Source: Saccostrea cucullata
Taxonomy: Eukaryota
Direction: 5' to 3'
Length of the DNA: 64,000 bases
Assembly (NCBI RefSeq): GCF_032062105.1
Contig: NW_026926108.1
Location: 124,001 to 188,000 of the forward strand
The notes under the pieces are model-generated. The model had not been told where the DNA came from and did no database searches. It saw only the letters and a list, made by a program, of their open reading frames with translations. Position numbers and translations under genes: made by a program. Of the stretch, positions 26,601 through 37,605 are shown in pieces (positions within the stretch are counted from its first letter, which is position 1; every line of letters starts with the position of its first letter).

Positions 26601-29600
26601 ATGTACATGTATACAGCAGGCTTATTCTTTATTATGTGTATAGATTTTTTCATATGGAATATTTATCACATGATTTTATAACCTCATAAATTTTTCATTT
26701 CACATGCTGATTCTAAAAATAAAACAAGATAACCATGTCAGCAGGCACTCGCTGATCCTAAAAATAAAACAAAATAACCATGTCAGCAGGCACTCGCTGA
26801 TCCTAAAAATAAAACAAGATAACCATGTCAGCAGGCACTCGCTGATCCTAAAAATAAAACAAGATAACCATGTCAGCAGGCACTCGCTGATCCTAAAAAT
26901 AAAACAAGATAACCATGTCAGCAGGCACTCGCTGATCCTAAAAATAAAACAAGAAAACCATGTCAGCAGGCACTCGCTGATCCTAAAAATAAAACAAAAT
27001 AACCATGTCAGCAGGCACTCACTGATCCTATAAATAAAACAAGATAACCATGTCAGCAGGCACTCAATGATCCTATAAATAAAACAAGAAAACCATGTCA
27101 GCAGGCACTCTCTGATCCTGTAAATAAAACAAGATAACCATGTCAGCAGGCACTCTCTGATCCTATAAATAAAACAAGATAACCATGTCAGCAGGCACTC
27201 ACTGATCCTAAAAATAAAACAAGATAACCATGTCAGCAGGCACTTGCTGATCCTAAAAATAAAACAAGATAACCATGTCAGCAGGCACTCGCTGATCCTA
27301 AAAATAAAACAAGAAAACCATGTCAGCAGGCACTCGCTGATCCTAAAAATAAAACAAGATAACCATGTCAGCAGGCACTCACTGATCCTATAAATAAAAC
27401 AAGATAACCATGTCAGCAGGCACTCAATGATCCTATAAATAAAACAAGAAAACCATGTCAGCAGGTATTTGCTGATCCTAATAATAAAACAAGAAAATTG
27501 GGTCAATTAGCTTGTGCTGGTTCTAAAAAAAACCTAGCTTGTAAGACAACAGTTGGCACTCAGTGATCCTAAAAATCAGAGAACTAGGTCAATTTCAAAG
27601 CATTAGCTAATCTCACAAAAAAAAGAAAAAAAACTACATTAAATGACATATTGTGATCCTGGAAAACAAACAAACTTGAATAAGTAATCATATCCGAAAA
27701 TCTCTACAAATGAATGAATAAATAAGTTACCTTATCGACCACAATAAGGTCGCCCACTCTGATGTTACTGCTGGGAACCGGGACCAAACCATCACGAGTT
27801 AGTTTACGGTATTTCTGTGAGTTGGCTTCTTTATCACGTCTGTATCTTCTGTAATCATCGAGGGCCTCACGACACATCGTCACAAAAATCACAAAACCCT
27901 AAAATATTGAAGATCATTGTGACTTGATGTGTCATCTAAAATGTATCTGTAACATGTTTATAAACATTTATAAAAGAATCTTGGTGCAATTCTTTTCATT
28001 GTTAATGCATGTATGTAAACTGCCCATCTACAGGCTATATCATTATTCCACATATCCTTAGTGCATTATTTAATAAAACGAATACATAGTGATTTAAGCA
28101 CATTTCTAAACGACACTAATGTAAATTTAAATATGTATTTAGGTAATGGGTTTTTTCACCATTTAGGACTGTTATGTGGATTTAAATGAAATTTAGGAGT
28201 TAGGCATCTAAATCCTGAAGATGAGTCTGCAGTACTATTGGTGTGTACTTCTAACAAATGAAGAGAAAAGTAGCACTTGGACTTGAAACAATTCAACAGC
28301 AATAAAAAAATAATGATTCTTTGTTTAGCATTTTTTTCAGTCAGACTAAACTGCAGCAGGAAGAACCTTTTGAAAGAATTTTATAGAATTTTCCATTTTA
28401 ATAACCATGGCAACACTATTCACCAAATTCTAAAACTGATGACAACAAGAATTATGTATCTTAGTGTAATCTACTTGTGTGGCTAATTATTTTGAAATCA
28501 GACCAAAAATGTAGGAAGAATAGTACATGTATTTCAAAATTTTTTATTTCAGATGGACAGACAGACAGCTGGACAAACAGATGGATAAGTGACACTTGTA
28601 ACTATTGCATTAACTCTTCTTGACTCTGACCAGTAAAGCTAGTAATGTGTAAGTCAGAGAAGCATGAGGTGGTCCAGTTGCAAGGATAAGTTTATATATC
28701 ATTCTTTGTTTATCAATAACTGAACAGGAAGGGTAATGAAATGGAGGCAACATCTGCCAATAAGGACACTGGCTGAAGTAACAGCTGGGCAGAATAATCC
28801 CTCTATTTATCTCCTTATAATGAAAACTTGGTGGTATAACAATGTTACAGATATCTTCTATATAAACTAGAGAGGCTGTAATTCACACACACAATGATCG
28901 GGCATTCTAGTTTCTAGTTTACATAAACCAAACATTAATGAAAATCATCAAAGTTAGGCAAATGACAATTTTGAAAAAGTAGCGTTAGTTTACTTTTATA
29001 GATATTGTTGAGTTACTTTAGACCTAACTACATGTATTTTTATTTAAAGAATTTGAAAACATTGATCATTTTCTTGCAAAAATTAGGAACAATGCTACAA
29101 TTCTGCACTTTAATAACAAGCATATTTGTTTTAATTTAAGTCACTTTACAATTTAATTCACAGTTAAAGGTAATGTTGAATTTTTTCAATTGCATGTCAA
29201 ACTCCGAAGGTCAAGGTCAAATTGTTGGTACCCATGAGAAAGTCTTATCACAAGGAATAATCTGTGAAATAGGAAAGCCCTAGTTCTAACTGTTCAAAAA
29301 ATGTGGCAAAGGATAATTTTTTTAAAAAGTGGGTCAAACTCTAAGGTCAAGGCCAAAGGCCAAAAAATATTTCCATACACCCACTGAAAGGTCTTGTCAT
29401 AATGAATACACAGGTGAAGTGTGAAATCCCTAGCACCAACAGTTCAAAAGTTATGACCAAGGTTAAAGTGTGAGAATTTTTTGTTAAAGTGGGTCAAAAA
29501 GTCATATTTGGTGGTACCCAAAGAAATGTCTTGTCACAAGGAATATTAACACTTGTGAAATATGAAAGAAAAAGCCCCATCAACTCAAAAATTATGTGCA

Positions 29601-32600
29601 AGGTTAAAGTTTTTGCAGACAAGAGATCCTCAGTTTGTGTAACCTGTGTGTGTTTGGTATTTACCAGAGGTCCCCAGTTTGTATTGACTGTGTGTGTTTG
29701 GTATTTACCAGAGGTCCCCAGTTTGTGTTGACTGTGTGTGTTTGGTATTTACCAGAGGTCCCCAGTTTGTGTTGACTGTGTGTTTGGTATTTACCAGAGG
29801 TCCCCAGTTTGTGTTACCTGTGTGTGTTTGGTATTTACCAGAGGTCTCCAGTTTGTGTTGACTGTGTGTGTTTGGTATTTATCAGAGGTCGACAGTTTAT
29901 GTTGACTGTGTGTGTTTGGCATTCACCAGAGGCCCACGGTTTGTGTTGACTGTGTGCGTTTGGCATTCACCAGAGGTTCACGGTTTGTGTTGACTGTCTG
30001 TGTTTGGTATTTACCAGAGTTCCCCAGTTTGCACGCCTGCTAATCGATCACTTGCACAACCAGCAGTTGTGTATAACAATCAAAAGAGATCGATTTCCGG
30101 TTGTGCAGTTGATGCGAATAATACCAGTGCACAGGTAGTAAATGGACTCGATTCAGGCAATAATTGACATTTTTATTAAAATATAAGAATGTGATTCCAT
30201 GAGCAATTTATTTTTCTTTAATTTTACACTCTCATAAAATGCAGTAATTGTCGATTAGCGACTATATTTGTTTTGAAGCAAGGGCTGGTAGAGCGAAAAC
30301 GCTGATTGAAAACAGTATTCGCCGACTAAAATTCATTTTAATCTCAACTAACCTTAAAAATTCAATGTCCACCATGAGTATGCAACAAGTGCATCCTATC
30401 CACCAAAACTGGGACTTCGATATGTGTATAATTTGACAAATATTCGAAGAAAAAAACATTGCTTGTGCATGCGATCATTCAGTTGTGAAAGAGATCTCGG
30501 GTTATGCATGAGATGAAGGACAAAAAGTTTCAAACTTTACGAATAAAATTAAACATTATATAATTATAACGCAGTCTTGCAAAATTTAAAACATAAAACT
30601 ATAGAATTTTCTTGCAAATAAGTTGAATTTGTGAGAAAAAAAGATATATAAGATAAGTAAACTGTTGAAGTAGATCTGTTAGGGGAGGGGGTTAAAGTTT
30701 CAGTTACAATCAATATAATTACAGTAAAAAATTATGTGTGTATTATTTAAATAATAAATCTTGTGTGAATTATCCAATGCATCTTTAATATGACTATTTC
30801 GTATGCAAAAAAAAAATAATAATTAATAATAAAAAAAAGAGATAAAATAAAATTAAAAAAAAATCCAGCATATACTGGGCAGTATATCATTTTCTTTCAG
30901 TACGAAATTGTTTAACTCAAACATACCTTACCTTTATTTGACGGTACTTCAACAAAAGTGGAGGGAAAGACCGAATTTTTCATGCTTTCATTTCATATAT
31001 ATTTTATAGTAAAAGTGCTGTCTGTGAAAAAAATAAGAGGCAGGCTCTCGATGATATGTGTTTGCCAAGGGGTAAATATTTCCTGGTGTTTTGAAGCTAG
31101 GTATCCTGAATTTTATTATCGAGATGGAAAGGATCAAGATGACAACACCACATTACAGGTGCTTCTGGACAGGACCCCCCCCCCCCGGACTTGTTGGACA
31201 CTTTTTTCTCACAAATTATATTTATTACATTATTCATCATGTATACCATAGGGGAAAAATCGTCAAAAATCCAAAATAATCGTTCAATAAAAAATATCCC
31301 TATTAAACATTCCAAATAAAATTAATGCAAAGCATCAAATCAGCCGCAAAATTTATAATTTCAAAAGTTACTTGTACTTTCTTTATTTGAAAAGCATCAA
31401 TGCATGGGAAGCACACAATATTCAAAGCTGAAATAGATCAATTTCATTTCAGACTGTCTTCAAAGCAAAAATAAATAAAATGTTTTTTTTTAATTAAATA
31501 GAAATTTTAGTGCATTTGTTCATCAAATGGAGTCATCAATGAATCAATAAAAAAGTCAATGATGAATTATAAGAACGTATGAATGAAGATGTAGGTCTCT
31601 CAAGATGAACCACATGCCGAAACCCTGGATCTTTATCACGTGATAATACCCATGGTTTCTGCAGTAGGCTAATCAAGGCGCGTAGTTTGATGGAAAAAAT
31701 GTAAGAAAAATATTTGTTGTCACATCTGTTGCACATTCAAAACAATTTTTACTACAGTGTTGTTGAAAAACTTTTTCAATTTTTATTCACCTTGCAACTT
31801 TAACCACTTCATTATTATCTGGAAAATTATGACGATTTCCTTTCATATCTTGATTACTCCCTGGTTGGGGAGTACCTATTGTAAACTCTTTCTATATAAC
31901 CATATATTATTAATTACCCAATTAGAAATGACAATGAAATTGTAACAACAACAATAAATGCTCAGTTTAAAGAAAGTTTTTAAAATTAAGATTAGTTAAC
32001 AGAACTTTTGAAAAATAACGCCTCATTTCCCGATATAAGAGATCGGCTGCTGCTGCAAAATGTGCTTGCAAAAAATGACTGTACATCATTGGCGGATCTA
32101 GAAGGTGGTTCCTGGGGTTGGACCCCCCCCCCCTCTATTTGATTAGAGAGAGAGTTATGTACCACGGATATTTCATTACGTCTAATATTTTGAATAAAAT
32201 AAATACTTTGAATAAAAAAAATATTTCGAATAAAATAAATACACTGTACATGTTGTTCAATCTCTGTCCTTTCTGATCGCTATAAATAGAGTTCCCTCGT
32301 TTAATATGCTTTCCTCCGAGTACCGTCACATACAATCCGAGCCCTGCTTGCTTGTTTGTGTTTTTGTTTTGTTTGTTTGTTATTGGCTTGTCAAAGTCCC
32401 CCATAGAACTGTTGAAAACTCAGTGTTGCCAGGTTTAAAGTGCCTATATGCATGAGTGTTGGACACCTGGACAACCCCCCCCCCTTTTTTTTTTTCAAAA
32501 ATTGCTGGATCTGCCCCTGCAACGCCTTCATATTATAGACAATATTTAACATTTTATAATTACCAAAAATAAAATAGTATAAGAGGTGAATTATGGAGAT

Positions 32601-35600
32601 TGTATAATACTTGCGTAACTTTTTATCCTTTATCTCATGCATAACCCGAGATCTCTTTCACAACTGAATGATCGCATGCACAAGCAATGTTTTTTTCTTC
32701 GAATATTTGTCAAATTATACAATATCGAAGTCCCAGTTTTGGTGGACAGGATGCACTTGTTGCATACTTATGGTGGACATTGAATTTTTAAGGTTAGTTG
32801 AGATTAAAACGAATTTTAGTCGGCGAATACTGTTTTCAATCAGCGTTTTCGCTCTACCAGCCCTTGCTTCAAAACAAATATAGTCGCTAATCGACAATCT
32901 CTGCATTTTATCAGAGGGTAAAATTAAAGAAAAATGAATTGCTCATGGAATCACATTCTTATATTTTAATAAAAATATCAATTATTGTCTGAATCGAGTC
33001 CATTTACTACCTGTGCACTGGAATTATTCGCATCAACTGCACAACCGGAAATCGATCTCTTTTGATTGTTATACACAACTGCTGGTTGTGCAAGTGATCG
33101 ATTAGCAGGCGTGGTTTGTGTTGACTGTGTGTGTTTGGTATTTACCAGAGATCCCAAGTTTTTATTGACTGTTTGTAAGGTATTTACCAGAGGTCCCCAG
33201 TTTGTGTTGACTGTGTGTGTTTGGTATTTACCAGAGGTCCCCCATTAGATGTGTTAGCTGTGTGTTTGGTATTTATCAGAGGTCCCCAGTTTGAGTAGAT
33301 GTAGCTTACTGTTTGTCTAGAACTTTTCAAAAATTTCTATTATAAGTTAACTGCGAGAGAGTGTGTTTGGTATTTACCAGGTCACCAGTTTGTATAGAGG
33401 TAGCTTACTGATTGTGTGGTTCTTCTCACTATTAAAAGTGGACTGTGTGTGTGGGTGGGGTACTCACCAGAGGTCCCCAGTATGTGTACAGGTAGCCAAT
33501 TCTTATCTCAGGTATAAACTGGGACAATGCCATCACCAGAAAGTACAGATTTAGGAAGAACTTGAACTGTTCAAATAGAACCTAAAAATGACAAATAATT
33601 CATTTACAGTACATTATCTAAAAAGAAAAATTTTGTAAGATTAAACATTGTCTTGATTTATTTCACAAGTATAGAGAAGTACAGGTATATATCCTTATGC
33701 AGGATATTATCAGGATAATTTACAACCTAAATAAACAAACAACAGCAAATCATAAAACATCAGGGAAATTCAGGAAGTTGTACCCATCCTACCTTTGGAA
33801 TAATTATAATGATATTGTGTACCTGCCTACTAAGGCAGCCTTACCTTAGTATAAATGTACAGTAATGAGTTGATATACAGAACTGAACAAAACATTTATT
33901 TCTAAATTGACTACCAGTATAATGAAAGTAAATTAATAATAGAAAAAAAGAAAATTATAGCTGAAATGGGAATCTGGGATACCTCCATTGCAAATATCCT
34001 CCTTCAGACAACCCAAACCACCACATTTTCAGGTGAAAGGTATGTGACAAAAATGTAAAAGAAAAGGAGAAAATAATGCCTGGACTTAAATCAAACCAGG
34101 GACACCTACTTCAATGGTCAAACATTCTAATCACTAAGCTACCCAGGCCAACATCTATGGTTCATAACTCAACAGGCAGATCACTACAGCTGTTTATTTG
34201 TTTAAAATGTGCTCAATAGATATACAAGAGATGAACATTATCAAAAGGTCTAACATCTACCTACCTTTGGTATGAATGTAATGACACTGTATTTCTGATT
34301 GCGAATGACATTCTTTGGATATTTCTCCTCCGATGATCTTTGAAGTCCTATAGGTACAGTCCTTGCATGATACTCCTTCCTCCTATTGCACAGCCTCTCC
34401 CAACATCTAACCAGACACAAACATTATCATGAAACTGATGCATTGTAGCGAGCGCAGCGATCATCGCAAAGTGATGCTCGTTACTGCGAGCTCTAACGAC
34501 AATGCCTGTCTGAAGAGAAAATCGGACTACTGCACACTCATTCCATAGAATTTCTTTCCGCAGTAATTTTGACCCACAATGCATCACTTCGTAAACAAAC
34601 GCTAAAGTTAAAAGAAAAATAGACTTGCCTTGATTTAATGACTTTGTTGCAGAAAAATAGTCAATGAAACGGTTCTTCATTTAAAGTCAGCCCTGTTCAG
34701 GCTTTGGTTTGATAATGCAACATGCATACGACGTCATATGACGTCAAAGTCTTAGACTCGCTGAATGTCATGTGCGGTTTGACGATCTCGATCTAAATGA
34801 AAACAGGATAAGTTTCTGCGCTCGCCCTAACGGTCGCACCGTCAACATATTAATAATAGTCCCAACATCTACCCAAACACAAATTAACATCATTAAGGTA
34901 GGTCGTGGGTTTACTGCATAAAAATTCTTACGAGAAAACATATCCTAAAAATTTGATATAACGTTCCTGAGAATTTACAGCGTATTATCTGCAATTTTTA
35001 TAAAATTTGCCTACGTAGTTTTAACGCCATATTACTATAAAGTATAAACACGGTATCGTTATTAGTACATTTTTTACGCTTTACTATTGAAATATATGGA
35101 ACATGTGGAAAATGACGTTTTTACGCCAATTTTGTGAAAATAGTTTATTTTTAAAACGTTGGACAACTTTTCAAAGACGTAGACGAATTTGTCAGGAAAT
35201 TCAAAATGTCAAGATGAGGTAAAATCAAAACTATTGATTTAAAAAAATCAATATGTCTTCTCGCTAGATTTTTCACTAAATAATTTCAAAGTTTCCTTTT
35301 ATATTGCTAAAATGTTGCGTTTATGGCGTTATTTATGTCTACAACGTCATTTGTTGAACGTAGTAACGTTCACAGTACCTATATAAATATTTTGACATTT
35401 GGAATATGCAAGATCTAAAAGATGTCATAGACGCAAAATTTAATTTTATTCATCATTTAACTTATTTCGAAGATATATTTGGATGACCAGCAACTTATTT
35501 TTACTAGTATTGAAATTCATATTATGATCACAGAGTCAGAATGAACGGTATAAACATTCCTCGTGCATGAGAATTAACATGCAGCGACAACACCGCGAGT

Positions 35601-37268
35601 GATAAAATATTAGTTCCTGTTTTTTATGAAATTCATGCATGGTCAATGGTAATTTAGGCATACCATATAAGTTTGATCTCTTTATTCGAAAACGGTAAAG
35701 AAACGGTAGAGAAATTTGCGGGGGGGGGGGTACCTACAATGTTCCTTCTATATTAGTCGCAAGCTAGTAGATGGCCTTACCTCTCAAATATTTAATTTCG
35801 AATTCTCTGAATTAAGTTTCCATACGCAAAATGTAAAACACTTGCATTTAGCTTTTACACTTAGAGCTTTTGATACAAAATATAGGGAAAAAATTGATAC
35901 TTGTAAATTGTTTACAGTGTCATATAAGTCTTTCAATAAGTTTGGTTTTCAAAATGCATTTCACTATTTGTTAGCCAGAAAAAAGGCGACTTTACGAGAT
36001 TTAAATACACAATAACCAAATAATATTAATAATAATGATGATGATAATAAAATAGAAACAGTAAAATACATGTAATTAAAATTATCCGTTTTAGTGTTAT
36101 GGATTAATTCCATCCTGAAAAATATACGCATATTTTCGCCCTTTGATTGGCAGTCATGATGCAATATGCATGTTCCCTATGAGTTACAAATAACGTAAAC
36201 ACATACAACCCCTCAAGCTTTCCGCAAGGCAATTTTATTTATAATAACTTTATTTTTGCATACCATAACTTTTACGCTGGGTTATTCTGATAGACTGTTA
36301 GCATTTTAGTAACACTTACAGTATAAATTACTCCTTTCATTTGGTACTGTATTTAATTTGTCCTCAGACATTACACATAACCACAACAGAATTCAAACTG
36401 AAATTTAATTATAAAACATGTATGAGGTTTACGTACAATAGCATGCACTTTGTATTAATTAATCTACTTGATTAATTAATTAATTTACTTGAATCGTACA
36501 GACTTGAAGTGATCTGCAGAGAATTTAAATGGGAAACAACACAACGTTGCCTTTGTGACGTAACTGACGTCATAATCAAATGTGCACAAAACAACCACTC
36601 GAATCGTCGAAATTGTGTACCAAAATTGATGACAAAAGCAAACCCGCAACCTACCTTAAATTGATGCATTATAATAATAATGTTTTCAAGGGTCTCCTTC
36701 TATGAAAGAAATAGAAACAATAACATACACTTTTGAACTTCAAATTTTTCAATGTGAAATATTACCTTCCACATGACCGAGCCCATCCTTCATTGATGTA
36801 GTATCCTATCTTGGACTGATTAAAACCTCTGTTTCTTCGTCTGTTGACGAGAGAGTCACTCTCATCCATTTTGAAACTTACTTCATTACTATACATTAGT
36901 GGCATATCATCCATACACGTCTCATCTTCATCAGCTGTGTCATCATCACTTGAATGTTGTCTAAAATCAAATGGGGATTTAATTGCTGACAAGTTCTCTA
37001 TGGATAATCCGTCAAAGGAATTGTTGGAAAAACATTATTTGGGAGAAATATCAGGAACTTGGATCAATCACATGATACATCATATACTTCTCCAAAAATA
37101 AAATTACCAATATGACTCAGGGTCACAAATTCCTAAACTCGTCCGCACATTGGCAGGAAAAAGTTTGGCCATATAAATATTTTTTCAACTCAAAGACAAC
37201 ACTGACCTTTTTCGCCTATGACCGCGTAGAGATCGTTTAGCAGTGCCGTAGAAGTTCCTAAAACTCAT
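14262..37268 (-). CDS. ATP9B: P4-ATPase phospholipid flippase ATP9B (Neo1/ATP9 family). Exons 5'->3': 37207-37268, 36766-36960, 34265-34406, 33468-33581, 27731-27898, [garbled/missing ~25860-26700], 25685-25765, 25178-25324, 24812-24901, 24425-24495, 24153-24318, 23914-23970, 23461-23739, 22554-22715, 22259-22351, 21956-22039, 21644-21814, 21245-21433, 20882-21026, 18646-18710, 18361-18449, 18005-18136, 17236-17344, 15132-15189, 14639-14842, 14262-14395
   Basis: Motifs PISL (M4), DKTGT (phosphorylation), [36 protein letters not shown] and C-terminal SPPVYAKL. N-terminal [13 protein letters not shown] resembles the ATP9B-type EDESAHLDEMPLM segment. Listed introns are GT-AG with matching phases. 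Confidence 0.95.
15289..17200 (-). mobile_element. HINE-like element with ~168-bp tandem array (Cg170-like family); second copy at 56478-57655
   Basis: Ends ACAAGACGCCCATGGGCCTTATAGGTCACCTGAGT and ...GACGACGGAC...ACTCAGGTGAC. GGGCCATGAA(A/T)TTCA recurs at ~16024, 16192, 16359, 16532, 16700, 16868. Confidence 0.8.
18858..20740 (-). mobile_element. Two HINE-like elements (18858-19565, 19866-20740) with degenerate ~165-bp units
   Basis: ACAAGAGGCCC... starts, TTTGAACAAACTTGAATCTACACTACC units, and GACA/GACG microsatellite plus AGCTCACTT(G/A)AGCCTT..GCTCAGGTGA hairpin ends. Same family at 44388-46000 and 47870-48245. Confidence 0.8.
25860..26485 (-). repeat. 55-bp minisatellite = ATP9B exon 3' end ([11 protein letters not shown]) + GTAAGT donor, ~11 units, partly chimeric
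   Basis: Minus-strand unit GTA CAA AGC ACC CAG AAA CTC CAC GTC AAT GTG|gtaagttataactttatatcca. Confidence 0.85.
26705..27500 (-). repeat. 45-bp minisatellite = splice acceptor + ATP9B exon 5' end ([11 protein letters not shown]), ~17 units
   Basis: Minus-strand unit ttttatttttag|GAT CAG CGA GTG CCT GCT GAC ATG GTT ATC TTG. Confidence 0.9.
29625..33460 (-). repeat. 44-bp minisatellite = ATP9B exon 4 3' end (T.WGPL) + donor; ~9 units at 29625-30031 and ~5 at 33114-33460, split by a TIR transposon
   Basis: Unit ACAAACTGGGGACCTCTG|gtaaataccaaacacacacagtca versus the real junction ACATACTGGGGACCTCTG|gtgagtacccc..acacacacagtc at 33468. Confidence 0.85.
30032..33113. mobile_element. Non-autonomous DNA transposon with ~500-bp TIRs, CAC..GTG termini and 5-bp TSD (Transib-like); contains a nested MITE at 32087-32519
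   Basis: TIRs at 30032-~30529 and ~32617-33113 are near-identical. TSD GTTTG at 30027-30031 and 33114-33118. No transposase ORF. Confidence 0.85.
34078..34150 (-). mobile_element. Degenerate tRNA-derived SINE head
   Basis: Minus strand GGCCTGGGTAGCTTAGTGATTAGAATG...GTCCCTGGTTTGATTT with A-box-like and B-box-like motifs. Confidence 0.45.
34445..34856 (+). mobile_element. Short non-autonomous element with GC-rich hairpin ends and no TIR; second copy inverted at 60918-61415
   Basis: Shared ends TAGCGAGCGCAGCGA...GCGAGCTC and TGC(G/A)CTCGCCC(T/G)AACGGTC(G/A)CACCGT(C/A)A..CATATTA. Confidence 0.65.
34897..36655. mobile_element. Non-autonomous Kolobok-like DNA transposon
   Basis: TTAA TSD at 34893-34896 and 36656-36659; TIR GGTAGGTCGTGGGTTT / AAACCCGCAACCTACC. 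Confidence 0.75.
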
Positions 37269-37605
37269 TCGCGTTCAATATTTTCCTAGCCATTCTAGTC
37301 CCATAGATCAATGAGCATAAGAATGTCGAAAATAAATATGATAGCAAGCATAAGATACGCAGATCGTAAAATATTTTTTGATTAACGAATTTTATGGCTG
37401 GAAAAAGAATAAGACTTGCCAAAGTTAAAGAAATATCTGTAATATATTTAACATCATTATTTTTACGGGTTATAGGGGATATCAACCGGAAGTGCAGCAG
37501 GTGCTATGGTGCCTAACAACCAGGACGCAATGAGATAAAAATTATGTGATCCATTTTACTTTCCCCCATTGTGTCTCGTCTTTATTAATGTAGTTTTGAG
37601 TAAAT
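37269..37605. promoter_or_regulatory. Probable bidirectional promoter between ATP9B and the CAP-Gly gene
   Basis: Divergent ATGs ~340 bp apart. ETS/GABPA-type CCGGAAGTG at ~37487-37495. RFX X-box-like GGTGCCTAACAAC at ~37508-37520 (reverse complement GTTGTTAGGCACC). Confidence 0.6.

Noticed and set aside
26700-27506. 268-aa ORF ([15 protein letters not shown])n and the opposite-strand 109-aa ORF
   Set aside because: Off-frame translations of the 45-bp minisatellite; the biologically relevant frame has a stop in every unit.
30248-32906. Mirror-image ORF pairs (30248/32906 and 30262/32668) suggesting duplicated genes
   Set aside because: They lie in the two TIRs of the transposon and show no protein features.
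34348-34680. 110-aa minus-strand ORF as an alternative ATP9B N-terminus
   Set aside because: Lies mostly in a repeat element and is in a different frame from exon 34265-34406.
36961-37034. Apparent frameshift at the ATP9B start (out-of-frame ATG at ~37034, ORF track starting at TTG)
   Set aside because: Resolved by exon 1 at 37207-37268 spliced in phase 2 to the acceptor at 36960.
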